The notes: generated by a model from the sequence alone, not told the origin. Counted from the stretch's first letter, positions 10,911 through 20,101 are shown. The stretch is DNA of 64,000 bases from Candidatus Parcubacteria bacterium (GCA_963718875.1 OY970378.1:605373-669372); one strand, 5' to 3'. Translations and numbers: made by a program.

Positions 10911-11285
10911 ATGAATTATTTAGTTGAAATATGTAGATCGTTTAAGGCTGTGCAGGGACTAGAATCCCCGGTTAGATCGAGTAAGGGCTTATCGCGGGTA
11001 GCTCATTTTGATGTGGCGTTAAGGGTTGGCATTGAGTTTAGCGAAAAGCAACTTGATGATAAAGGGAGATTTGTTGATACAGATGCAGTCGAAAGTTATG
11101 TTGAAAAAATATGTGTAAAGCTTGCCAACGACAGATGGACAAATTTGTTTTCATTTAGACCAACTTTTGAGCTGGTTGCTGAGTGGGCTTACGAAGAACT
11201 TAAAAATGATGTAGCCCAGATAAGCTATGTTGAGCTAGAAAATGAGACGCTGAAGGTCAAGACAAAGTATTTTTATAGCGATTAG
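10911..11285 (+). CDS. 6-pyruvoyl-tetrahydropterin-synthase/QueD-fold-like protein (catalytic residues not evident)
   Basis: 124 aa. Segments GRFVDTDAVESYVEKICVKLANDRWTNL and PTFELVAEWAYEEL follow the PTPS/QueD pattern. No clear CxxxHGH motif. Confidence 0.35.
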   Translation: MNYLVEICRSFKAVQGLESPVRSSKGLSRVAHFDVALRVGIEFSEKQLDDKGRFVDTDAVESYVEKICVKLANDRWTNLFSFRPTFELVAEWAYEELKNDVAQISYVELENETLKVKTKYFYSD

Positions 11286-11327
11286 ACTCCCCTTGCGTAT
11301 AAAATTATAAAATCTAGACTTAGGTTT

Positions 11328-11750
11328 ATGCGTCAAAGCGTTACCCAAGAATTTGAATTTGGTTGTGGAATAGCCTGTTTTGCCTTTGCTGCCGGACTTA
11401 CCTACAAAGAAGCAGCGTATTATTTAGGTCCAAAACAGGCAGCTAGTAATCGTTTTTGGTGTAAAGACTTAGCAGTGGCTCTTACTTTATTTGGCGTCAC
11501 GTATCATCATAAGCATTTGAACTCGTTGTTGGTCTCAAAAATTAATACAGAAGGCACTATAGTACTCATAGCAAGATCGAAAAATTATCCTGCGGGTCAC
11601 TATCTCATTAATCATGAAGGATTTTGGATGGATCCTTGGATAAATCTACCGTTTAATCGGAATATAAATGATGCCCAGTCGGGGTTTAGAAATGCTTTGC
11701 CTGGTAGGCCAATTTACGGACTGTTTTATGACAGTGCTGCCGGTTTTTGA
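11328..11750 (+). CDS. Stand-alone peptidase C39-like domain protein
   Basis: QEFEFGCGIACFAFAAGLTYKEAAYYLG matches the C39 Gln/Cys block. GHYLI is a candidate catalytic His. Confidence 0.5.
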   Translation: MRQSVTQEFEFGCGIACFAFAAGLTYKEAAYYLGPKQAASNRFWCKDLAVALTLFGVTYHHKHLNSLLVSKINTEGTIVLIARSKNYPAGHYLINHEGFWMDPWINLPFNRNINDAQSGFRNALPGRPIYGLFYDSAAGF

Positions 11751-11834
11751 TTTTCTTCTTGTATATAAAATTATAAATTCTATAGTACTGATACGGCAAA
11801 ATTTACCGCTCAAAACTCAAAAACTGAAGGAGTT

Positions 11835-12305
11835 ATGGTGTTTGAAGCCTTTGTCTTTAAAGGACTTACAATGGAGCCCGGTGACTTACTTAAGCTTGAG
11901 CTTGTTTGGCCTGTTAGAATGGATATCTATGCTACGGTTATAGATCTCCAAGATGACGGCGCTCTGATAGTGATAAGTCCTCAGTTCATCCCCTATATGG
12001 ACGAAAGGTGCATCACTGAGGACGAGGTTATAAGTCTAAGGCTTGAGGAAAAAGCAATTGATGCCGTTCCGCATTTGGCCCGCTGTGACATTCGTCGGGG
12101 GCAGATAGCCAGGGTGGAAACCAATGGACTAAAGATTTATCGAGGGCAGGAGCTTAGGGTAGAAGCCGATAAATCGAGTCCATTAGCGATAGTTCGAGCA
12201 GCCAGCAACGGCTTGGTGATAGGCGACGTGATAGAAAGTGTAGCTTCAGGTTTTCGGGTAATCGCTAGAGCTAGCTATTGGAGGGTATTAGGCGATTTGA
12301 TGTAG
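11835..12305 (+). CDS. Hypothetical protein (156 aa)
   Basis: ORF only. Weak PilZ-like RRxxxxR...DxxxSxxSG pattern, not convincing. Confidence 0.35.
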   Translation: MVFEAFVFKGLTMEPGDLLKLELVWPVRMDIYATVIDLQDDGALIVISPQFIPYMDERCITEDEVISLRLEEKAIDAVPHLARCDIRRGQIARVETNGLKIYRGQELRVEADKSSPLAIVRAASNGLVIGDVIESVASGFRVIARASYWRVLGDLM

Positions 12306-12320
12306 GCTTCGTCGGGTCCC

Positions 12321-12350
12321 GTAATAGAGGCCTGGCGGAGCCTCTATTAC
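12321..12350. terminator. 11-bp perfect hairpin gtaatagaggc-ctggcgga-gcctctattac between convergent genes (no clear U-tract)
   Basis: Read directly. The 3' arm overlaps the stop of the minus gene. Confidence 0.4.
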
Positions 12351-13696
12351 ATGCTAGTGGCGATTTTGAGGACTTGGTCGCGGCTGAGGCGGGTATCGCC
12401 GCTAATTACGTATTGAAGACCTTTGTTAACCCAGGTGGCTTGGTTGTTATTGTAGAGATATATGGTAAGCCCTTGGTTGGCTACGCTGACATATGATTTG
12501 GCTTTAGTATTGACAAACATTTGTAGTAAAGCTGCACTATCCCAAGTGGTTTTTTGTTGAGTAATAGTTAAGGGGGAGGCGGAGTTAGGTGACTTAAATC
12601 CAAGAGTCACAAATCCGGGGCCGTACGATACGGGGCCGTTAAGGCTAAAGCTGTTAGGAACGTACCCAGGAAAACTAGCTTCGATCCCGGCTTTCTTGGA
12701 AGCTGATTTTACGCTCAAGTTATTAAAGTTGTTGAGCCAAATATACCCTCCCATAAGTACTATTGCTACCGTGGCGGCCATGATGCTTTGGGCGCGTGGC
12801 GGTGAAGCTAGAGATTGTTTAAAGTCGGTTGGGACTGGAGTTTGAGTTGCTTGGCTTGGAATCAGTTTTTTAAGTGACTCTATTTGAGTTACCACATGAT
12901 TCGGTAATTCGCCAGCAGGTTGACTGGCGTCAACGACTGACGTTACAACGACTGCGGGAGCTATAGTGTCGGGGCGGACAAATTTTTGGATATTTGAGGA
13001 CGGAGTGCTGGGTGGGGTGGTTGGAACGTTTACTAAATCAACCATTTTGGGTGTTTGGTTTATAGCAGGAGCAGTAATAGTTGAAGCTTCTTTAGTTATC
13101 GATTGAGGTGAAGGTGGAGTAACTACTGAAGGTGTTTGAATTGATGAAGTAGTTGTAACGGGAGGCGTTGAAGGTGTCGGGAGGGGTTGAGTTGTTGGGG
13201 TAGAATTTGAAAGGCTTTCATCTGGTACAATTGGCAAAGCAGAGGTTGGTGAAGGTGTTGTTAGGGGTGCAGCGGTGGCTGGAGCAGGCTCCGGCGCTGT
13301 CGGTGGGGGCGTAATCTTAGCTTCGCGTAAATCCAGTACGCCTCCAGTGCTAGTGGGAGGTGCGTTATGAAAAGATACGGCTGGTTTAACATCGCGAGTT
13401 AATATAGGCACTGGGGTTGTTGTTGGGGCAGGTTTTACATCATTCATTGATGGCGTTGAGTCGCTGGTTTGGGCAGTGGTTGCAGGTGCGGAGATGGTTG
13501 ATGGTGTTAGCGCAGGTAATGGATTAGAAACCTCTGTGACAACTGGTTTGGGTGTTACTACCGGTATAGGTGGAGTTGGTTGGATGGTGTTTGTTGATGG
13601 GCTGGCTTCGGGGGTTGAAGACTCGCCACAATTGGCACAGTACTTTTGATTCCCTATTGTAACCCAATCGCTTTTACCGCAATGCTGACACTGCAC
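12347..13696 (-). CDS. Membrane protein: N-terminal C4 zinc ribbon, Pro/Thr/Ser-rich linker, one TM, C-terminal extracytoplasmic domain
   Basis: MQCQHCGKSDWVTIGNQKYCANCGE. About 270 aa of low-complexity P/T/S-rich sequence. One TM (VAIVLMGGYIWL). Paralogous N-terminus to the protein at 55414-56901. Confidence 0.55.
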   Translation of the reverse strand: MQCQHCGKSDWVTIGNQKYCANCGESSTPEASPSTNTIQPTPPIPVVTPKPVVTEVSNPLPALTPSTISAPATTAQTSDSTPSMNDVKPAPTTTPVPILTRDVKPAVSFHNAPPTSTGGVLDLREAKITPPPTAPEPAPATAAPLTTPSPTSALPIVPDESLSNSTPTTQPLPTPSTPPVTTTSSIQTPSVVTPPSPQSITKEASTITAPAINQTPKMVDLVNVPTTPPSTPSSNIQKFVRPDTIAPAVVVTSVVDASQPAGELPNHVVTQIESLKKLIPSQATQTPVPTDFKQSLASPPRAQSIMAATVAIVLMGGYIWLNNFNNLSVKSASKKAGIEASFPGYVPNSFSLNGPVSYGPGFVTLGFKSPNSASPLTITQQKTTWDSAALLQMFVNTKAKSYVSVANQGLTIYLYNNNQATWVNKGLQYVISGDTRLSRDQVLKIATSM

Positions 13697-13920
13697 GCTA
13701 TGTTTCTCCTTTACGCTTATGGTACTACATAAGCGTAAGCTTAATCAAGTGATTGTTAGGCTCAACTAATTCGAATTCTTTTAATACTTCCATAACTGAG
13801 CTTTAATTTTGGGCTTCTAGTAATGTGGTATTCTTAGCTACTAACCTTACTCAACCTGCTTGTTGTGGACCGATCCGGCAGCCCCTTTGGCCTTATGTCC
13901 TTTTTGTGTTTGTGAATTTG

Positions 13921-13947
13921 TACTACGGAGTAGTACGGTGTACTACA
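13921..13947. promoter_or_regulatory. Palindrome GTACTAC-GGA-GTAGTAC plus a third GTACTAC half-site
   Basis: Read directly. About 225 nt upstream of the start of the zinc-ribbon gene. Preceded by TTTGTG x2. Confidence 0.4.
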
Positions 13948-14067
13948 AACAGAGCTATGCAAAAAAAAATATAAGAACCCGTTGAGTCCAAAAGACTAGT
14001 TTATCTTAATCGGGCAAGATACAGATCTTTAAACAGAGGTGTTAATTCGAGTAAAGTGAGCTATCCA

Positions 14068-14910
14068 TTAAGGTTTTTGTGGGTTGAGAAAGACAACTTT
14101 TACTATTAAGCCTGCTACGGATTTCCAAACGCGAGTAAAACGATTGGGCTGGGTGGCTAGGCGCCAAAAAGACTCAACCCCTAGTTTATGAACCCAACTA
14201 GGTGGTCTTATTTGTCGGAAAGCGGAGCCGATTGGCTTGGCTCCAACATAGGCATCAAACGTGCCACCAACGCCAATTGTAAGATTTGCTTGCAAGTGAT
14301 CCTTGTGTGCGTGGATAAATAATTCTTGTTTTGGTGATCCATAGGCAACAAATAAAAAATTGGTAGCTACGACGTTTTTTAAAATGGTCTTGGGTTCCTC
14401 TGGATTGCCCTCAAATGTTCCGGCTACGCGTAGGCTTGGGTATTGTGCTTTGGCTTTTTGGGAAGCTTTTTGGGCTACGCCGGGCCCTCCACCAAGAAAG
14501 AATACTTTATAGCCATTGGATTGGGCATGTTTGAGTAGGTCTTCAAATAACAATCGGCCGGTCGTACGATGTTTAACGGCTTTTGCAGCTGACGACGGAA
14601 CAAATAATAGTCCTAGTAAGCTGGGAAGAGCTCGAAAGATGTTTATTAACAATGGGTAGTGCTTGCGCCTAAACGCAGCCGCCCATTGCACACCAATACC
14701 GTCGCATAGGCGTAAAGACGCTTCGTCTAGGGCTTGCTTAAAAGATAATGATGAAACACTTAATTGTAACAATTCCGAGTTCACAGTGGCTAGGTATTCG
14801 TGTTGCCCAGCTTTTATGACTGCATCACAATAGTCCAAAATCTCATGTAATGAAGGGTCATCGATGGTTAAATCAAAAACTTTAGTTTTAGCCACTTTTT
14901 TTAACCTCAT
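14068..14910 (-). CDS. WecB/TagA/CpsF-family glycosyltransferase
   Basis: 280 aa. DGIGV...GGGPG...GVGGTFD pattern typical of N-acetylmannosaminyltransferase-type GT26. Confidence 0.7.
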   Translation of the reverse strand: MRLKKVAKTKVFDLTIDDPSLHEILDYCDAVIKAGQHEYLATVNSELLQLSVSSLSFKQALDEASLRLCDGIGVQWAAAFRRKHYPLLINIFRALPSLLGLLFVPSSAAKAVKHRTTGRLLFEDLLKHAQSNGYKVFFLGGGPGVAQKASQKAKAQYPSLRVAGTFEGNPEEPKTILKNVVATNFLFVAYGSPKQELFIHAHKDHLQANLTIGVGGTFDAYVGAKPIGSAFRQIRPPSWVHKLGVESFWRLATQPNRFTRVWKSVAGLIVKVVFLNPQKP

Positions 14911-16195
14911 GAGATAGGTCTGTGATAGCCACCCCCGCTACCCCCCAAAATATTAATGCAGTCGAGCTGTCGCTCCAGGTGTGAAGGAACAGGTTACTGG
15001 CGCCCAAGCCGACAAGTGCAGCTAAGCACGGAATAGCTATGAGGCTTGTTTTGCGCAAAGAAAATAATTTTATGGCCAGAAGCCAGTTTATGACTACGAA
15101 TAAGATTAACCCCGCAATGCCGACCTCAACAGCAACCTGTAGGTAGTAGTTCTCGGTTATTAAACTATCTTTTGTTTGATTAGATGCTGGACCAGCTGTC
15201 CCTAGCCCTCTCCCCCACGGTTGCTGCATGATGCTTGAAATACCGCGTTCGAGCCCGGTAATGTGCCCTTGGTTGGAGGTCTGGAATGGGCTACCGGTGC
15301 TTTGGCTGTGCAGTAAATAATATTCTAGTTTGGGAAATTTGGCCTGCAGCGAATTAAACTGGCTTAAAGCGACTAAAGCACAAGTGATTGCGACGGCTCC
15401 TATTATTGCCGTGATCTTAGCTTTTAGACTTAGAATTGCAGTAATTGCCATTGCTATGACTGCCCCTATCCATGCGCTGCGCGAGTAAGTATGGAAAAGC
15501 ACAAATAAAACCGCTGCCATAGGGATGGTTAGGATGTACTGGCGTCGCTTTATGATTAAAAAAAGCAACAGACATAGGGGTAAAATTAAAAAACTACCAA
15601 GCTGGTTGGGCCCAGCTAAGGTTGAAAGAATGCGAACGCTACCTGGAACTGCAGGGTCCACTAGGTGGTATGGTAAAAGTGTTCCGGCTCCGTATCCAAA
15701 ATTGGTCAAAAAAGCCTTATCCAAGACTACTACCTGTAGGACTCCAAAAGCCGCTACTACCGCAGTTGTAACAACAAGTAGTTTTATTAACCGGTCTTTA
15801 ACGTTTTTGCGGCTAACTACTTGTGCAATCAATAAAAGAGCTAGAAACTCTAGATTGATTTTGGCTCCATACCAAAAATGGCGGCTACCGAAGCCATGGT
15901 TTACTAAACTAACTACCAGACTAAGGACTGCAAAGCCGATAATAACTAGGTTTATTGGCTGCCCTAAGATTTTACGATTGCTGGGATATGCTACGAATAG
16001 CCAGGCTGTAGCTAAGCCCAGGGTCACTATTAGTATATCTTTCCAGGCTTGGATCAAAGATTGGTGGCCAACTAAACTACCAAAACAAACACTTAAAAAG
16101 GCGTGAAATGGCATAAGAGCTATAAGTATCAATATGCCCCATTGAACAAAATTCTGAATTTTTGGGCTGAATGAGCTAGCCTTGTCGCGGCTCAC
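14888..16195 (-). CDS. O-antigen ligase/polymerase-like (Wzy_C) polytopic membrane protein
   Basis: About 10-12 TM helices. YSRSAWIG and ENYYLQVAVEVGIAGL resemble the O-antigen ligase signature. Overlaps the TagA-like gene. Confidence 0.55.
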   Translation of the reverse strand: MSRDKASSFSPKIQNFVQWGILILIALMPFHAFLSVCFGSLVGHQSLIQAWKDILIVTLGLATAWLFVAYPSNRKILGQPINLVIIGFAVLSLVVSLVNHGFGSRHFWYGAKINLEFLALLLIAQVVSRKNVKDRLIKLLVVTTAVVAAFGVLQVVVLDKAFLTNFGYGAGTLLPYHLVDPAVPGSVRILSTLAGPNQLGSFLILPLCLLLFLIIKRRQYILTIPMAAVLFVLFHTYSRSAWIGAVIAMAITAILSLKAKITAIIGAVAITCALVALSQFNSLQAKFPKLEYYLLHSQSTGSPFQTSNQGHITGLERGISSIMQQPWGRGLGTAGPASNQTKDSLITENYYLQVAVEVGIAGLILFVVINWLLAIKLFSLRKTSLIAIPCLAALVGLGASNLFLHTWSDSSTALIFWGVAGVAITDLSHEVKKSG

Positions 16196-16196
16196 G

Positions 16197-17204
16197 TTAT
16201 TTTATCCCGGCCAAACTGCGTTTATACTCGTCAAGATTATCTAAAGCTATTCCTGTTCCGCGGGCTACGCAGAGCATTGCATCTTCAGCTACTACGCATG
16301 GTACGCCCGTAATGTTGGTGAGCATTTTGTCGATGTTCTTTAAAAGCGCTCCTCCTCCGCTTAAAATCATGCCTCTGTCGATAATATCGCTGGAAAGCTC
16401 GGGCGGAGTTTGTTCAAGGACGGCTCGAATAGCTAAAACAATTTTTTCTAGTTCATCGGCCATGGCTTCGGTTAGTTCGTTGGAGTGGATGGTAATGGTC
16501 TTGGGTAACCCTGCAATAACATCTCGTCCTCGAACTTCAAGCGAGCGGTCTTTGGTAAGAATAAGGGCACTACCAAGTTTGTGTTTGATCTCTTCAGATG
16601 TGCGGTCACCAATAGCTAAGCTATATTTCCGCCGGACATAATCAGCGATGGCGTTGTCGATTCTATTTCCTCCGACCCTAATACTATTTTGAGCAACAAC
16701 CCCACCTAGGGATAATATGGCTATTTCGGTACTACCCCCACCAATATCAACCACCATATTGCCAGCAGCTGAGGCGATTGGGATTCCGGCGCCAATTGCA
16801 GCAGCAACCGGCTCTTTAATAATGTAAGCAGCGCGTGCGCCGGCTGCTAATGTAGCATCAACTACTGCCCGCCGTTCAGTAGAGGTGGCTCCGGCGGGAA
16901 CACTCACCATCACGTCCGGTCGGCTTAAGCGAAACCCTCCTGAGACCTTGGTAATGTAGTGGTGAATCATGGCTTGAGTAGTGCGGTAGTCGGCTATTAC
17001 TCCATCGCGCAAAGGCCTTGAGGCTACGATGGTGTCTGGCGTTCTACCGAGCATCTCGCGGGCTTCTTGCCCGATGGCAACAATACGGTTGTCTGCGACA
17101 TTAATGGCCACTACGCTGGGTTCATTAAAAACAATCCCCCGCTTAGGAACGTATACGAGGACATTGGCTGTGCCCAAATCTATGGCTATGCGTTTACCGA
17201 ACAT
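16197..17204 (-). CDS. mreB: Rod-shape-determining actin homolog MreB
   Basis: IAIDLGTANVLVYV...DIGGGSTEIA actin-fold motifs. Confidence 0.9.
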   Translation of the reverse strand: MFGKRIAIDLGTANVLVYVPKRGIVFNEPSVVAINVADNRIVAIGQEAREMLGRTPDTIVASRPLRDGVIADYRTTQAMIHHYITKVSGGFRLSRPDVMVSVPAGATSTERRAVVDATLAAGARAAYIIKEPVAAAIGAGIPIASAAGNMVVDIGGGSTEIAILSLGGVVAQNSIRVGGNRIDNAIADYVRRKYSLAIGDRTSEEIKHKLGSALILTKDRSLEVRGRDVIAGLPKTITIHSNELTEAMADELEKIVLAIRAVLEQTPPELSSDIIDRGMILSGGGALLKNIDKMLTNITGVPCVVAEDAMLCVARGTGIALDNLDEYKRSLAGIK

Positions 17205-17327
17205 ATTCCCATAGTATAACGCAGAGCGTTAAAATGTGTAATTCGAATGAAGTGTGGTTCTATACATTTCTAGTCAAGCAGCTTCACGTTGGACGTTCGA
17301 CGTTGTAAGCGGTATAGTGGGTCTGCA

Positions 17328-18710
17328 ATGATAAGAAGAGCTTTTATACTCATATCTTATGCGGTTACGACCGTGGCCGTACTGACGGCTACTATAATAT
17401 TGGTCGAATTGGGCCAAGGTTATAGCTATGACTTCAAGACCGGAAACTTTGGTATAAATGGTTTGCTGTCGATTAACTCTACTCCTCCTGCTGCCAACCT
17501 CATCATAAACGGTAAAGCAATTCATCGTGATACTCCATACCGGAGCACACTGAAAACCGGTAGTTATGCCCTTGAGCTACGCAAAAACGGTTTTCGTACT
17601 TGGCAAAAACAGGTTGATATCTTGCCATTTCAGGTCCTAAATCTTGAATCGATTTTTTTAATTCCCAATATCATTCCAGACAAGGAGTTAACGAGCAGCC
17701 ACATTATTACTGATTTTGTTAGCAGCCGAGGGAAAAAGCACTTTGCCTTTGTTACTGGTGACCCGGCTCCGGCTGTTTGGGTGTTAGATGTTAATAACGG
17801 TCCTGGAACCAAGGTATACTCTGCAGCAATTGCTACGCCGGAGAGTCCAGCCGAAGTGATCTCTAGTGCAAGTTGGTCAAATGACGGTAGTCATCTTTTG
17901 GTGGTAAGTAAGATTGGTGAAACGCCGCTTTATAATATTGTAAATGCCAATGGGGGTGCGCCCATTAACTTGACAGATCTTTTTAGACTCGACTTAACAG
18001 GGTTAAGGTTTAGCTCTTATGATTGGCAAGAACTGTATTGGAATAGTCCCGAGGGGTTGCGCCGCTTAAATGTTGGCAACAAGACAACTTCGGCGGTGCT
18101 GGCTGATAAGGTTAGCAGCTTCACGTTTGCAGGCGAGAGAATTATATATGTTCAAACAACTGCACTTGGTCAGTCAGTATGGTCTATGGATCGCTCAGGT
18201 GGTAATCAAAAGCAGCTGATCGAGTCCTTAGCTAATAGCGGCTCGTATCAAATGGCCTATGCTAGTTATCGCGGACGGGATGCTTTAGCTACCTTGCCCC
18301 AAGGTTCTTCGACGGCTACGATCTATCTGGATATTTTTTCTTCCAATCCGGTATCTAAAGTAGTGTCAAAAAGCGCTGCGCATATTAGCTTTAGTGATAA
18401 TGGCCGCCATTTAGCGTTTTATGGTGGCGGTAGCTATGGTGTGTACGACCTGGAAAAAAATTCTTTAATTCTGTCTAAGTCACTTTCAAGTGTAATAACC
18501 TGTCTTAATTGGTTTGATCTGGCGCATGTGGTTATTTGTAGGGCTGGTGAAGTTGCCGTGGCTGAGCTAGATGGGGCAAACTTGGTTAAGATAAGTGCGA
18601 TCGCTGAAGGTATACCAGCTTTTGGCGGTTCCGATTTACGTCACATCTATGTTGTTGTGCCGACTGGTGCTGGCAAGATGTCGGTACATAGGTTTCGAGT
18701 TAAACAGTGA
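17328..18710 (+). CDS. PEGA-domain protein with N-terminal TM region and beta-rich C-terminal region
   Basis: PPAANLIINGKAIHRDTPYRSTLKTGSYALELRKNGFRTWQ is a PEGA domain. Start taken at MIRRAF, because the longer ORF start lies in the promoter region. Confidence 0.55.
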   Translation: MIRRAFILISYAVTTVAVLTATIILVELGQGYSYDFKTGNFGINGLLSINSTPPAANLIINGKAIHRDTPYRSTLKTGSYALELRKNGFRTWQKQVDILPFQVLNLESIFLIPNIIPDKELTSSHIITDFVSSRGKKHFAFVTGDPAPAVWVLDVNNGPGTKVYSAAIATPESPAEVISSASWSNDGSHLLVVSKIGETPLYNIVNANGGAPINLTDLFRLDLTGLRFSSYDWQELYWNSPEGLRRLNVGNKTTSAVLADKVSSFTFAGERIIYVQTTALGQSVWSMDRSGGNQKQLIESLANSGSYQMAYASYRGRDALATLPQGSSTATIYLDIFSSNPVSKVVSKSAAHISFSDNGRHLAFYGGGSYGVYDLEKNSLILSKSLSSVITCLNWFDLAHVVICRAGEVAVAELDGANLVKISAIAEGIPAFGGSDLRHIYVVVPTGAGKMSVHRFRVKQ

Positions 18711-18746
18711 GATCAAATCCTCATAGTTTAATTGGGTTGTAGCGTT

Positions 18747-19793
18747 TCATTCGATAGGTGATGTTACTTGGATCGGTTTATTGGAAATTCCGTTCCCTAC
18801 TCCTTGCCAGAACTGACCAATTTGCTGCCACAGCGTTGGAGAGCTCCCTGGTAGGATAGGCGCAGTTGAACTGGTTGAAGTGGTCGGTGCCGGTGCGCTG
18901 TTGCCTACAGACGGGCTAATTTGTTTGGCGGTAACAATAAGGCGTTTTAAGCTTGTACCGGTTGGCCAGCAGGTTATAAGCGTGACTATAGGCTCTGAGC
19001 TTGGCGTCAGCACACTTAGGTCGGTTGCCTCAACTACCTTGGAGTTCATTACTTGGTAGATGTAGCGCTTGGAGTTATAGTTCATACTAAAGGTATCTCC
19101 AGCCACAAGTTTATCTAATAATACAAACACAAACTTGTAGTTACCTGGTTGCCACCAATCGTTTGAGGAGTGTCCAAAAAGCACAATGTTCCCGATCTGA
19201 CCTGGCACGGCGGTGTTTGGATAGTGCACTATCCCATTTTCTAGTTCGGGGTCGTAGTTAGGGCTGTTAGCGGTTGACGTTGGGTAGACTACCGGTGCGC
19301 TGACATTAATTTTAGGGATGGTCATAAGAGGTTCGGGAGAAACGGTTTCGGCAATGGCGTTGTTTGTAGGTGGAGTAATTTGAGTCTCGGCAGTGCGGTC
19401 TGACAGTAAGAAGTTGATTTGGTTGTACAAAACAGGAGCTTTAAAAAGCATTAAAATGAACAAGAATGTGGCTAGGGCACTAAGAATAGGCTTAAGCTTT
19501 CCGGTTCGAGCCTTGGAGACTTTTTTAACCTTTTGAGGAAGATGGCGCATGTTTTCTTCGGCAGGCGAAACGGGGTTGGGGTATGGCAAAGCAGTTGAGT
19601 TTTTAGAGTGGCTAAGAGTGGTTGGGGTGGAGCCTTGATAGGCGGGACGATTTAGTTGGCTAATTTTTTGGCGCGCTGCAGCTACCGCAGTTGCTTGGCT
19701 TACTGTAGGCGTAGTGGTGCCATTTGGAGCCGGCTCAGTGCCGGGAACGAAAGGGCGGATTGATAATGTGTTGTCGTTTGTTGCACTATCCAT
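18747..19793 (-). CDS. Sortase (transpeptidase)
   Basis: N-terminal TM region. Catalytic-His motif IVLFGHS. TLITCWPTG matches the sortase TLxTC active-site Cys motif. Confidence 0.7.
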   Translation of the reverse strand: MDSATNDNTLSIRPFVPGTEPAPNGTTTPTVSQATAVAAARQKISQLNRPAYQGSTPTTLSHSKNSTALPYPNPVSPAEENMRHLPQKVKKVSKARTGKLKPILSALATFLFILMLFKAPVLYNQINFLLSDRTAETQITPPTNNAIAETVSPEPLMTIPKINVSAPVVYPTSTANSPNYDPELENGIVHYPNTAVPGQIGNIVLFGHSSNDWWQPGNYKFVFVLLDKLVAGDTFSMNYNSKRYIYQVMNSKVVEATDLSVLTPSSEPIVTLITCWPTGTSLKRLIVTAKQISPSVGNSAPAPTTSTSSTAPILPGSSPTLWQQIGQFWQGVGNGISNKPIQVTSPIE

Positions 19794-19865
19794 GCTTTGC
19801 TTTTTGCTTCTTTCTCGCCTATTATAGTACAGATCAGGTTAGATTTGTATGATTTACGTTTACGT

Positions 19866-19952
19866 GCCGCTGTGGTGGAATTGGTAGACACGCGGGACTC
19901 AAAATCCCGTGCTAGCAATAGCGTGTCGGTTCGAGCCCGACCAGCGGTACCA
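19866..19952 (+). tRNA. tRNA-Leu (anticodon CAA), class II long variable arm, CCA encoded
   Basis: Acceptor GCCGCTG/CAGCGGT. D-arm GGAATTGGTAGA. Anticodon loop CTCAAAA. T-loop GGTTCGAGCCC. Confidence 0.85.
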
Positions 19953-20101
19953 GGATGAGCGCCGGAGTCATCGGACGCTCATCCTGGTGCGTTTGGCGAG
20001 GGCGAGAAGTTTACCCCGGACTACGATCCGGGGAGCCCGACCAGCGGCATCAGTCTGAATTCTTGACGTCAGAACGCCGTCTTTTTTGTTATGATTGTAA
20101 T

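Noticed and set aside
15525-16106. 193-aa plus-strand ORF
   Set aside because: Lies entirely antisense to the O-antigen-ligase-like membrane gene. Arg/Lys/Thr-rich low-complexity translation, typical of antisense reading of a hydrophobic gene.
19860-20060. Integrase or phage genes next to the tRNA-Leu and tRNA-Gln loci
   Set aside because: No tyrosine-recombinase signature (R..HxxR..Y) was found in any translated ORF within 5 kb of either tRNA. Only the att-like repeat remnant is reported.
19955-20101. 5' part of the 198-aa ORF starting right after tRNA-Leu
   Set aside because: This part overlaps the tRNA-downstream hairpins and the duplicated tRNA 3' end. A plausible start (MYKPSS) with an AT-rich upstream region lies at 20102.
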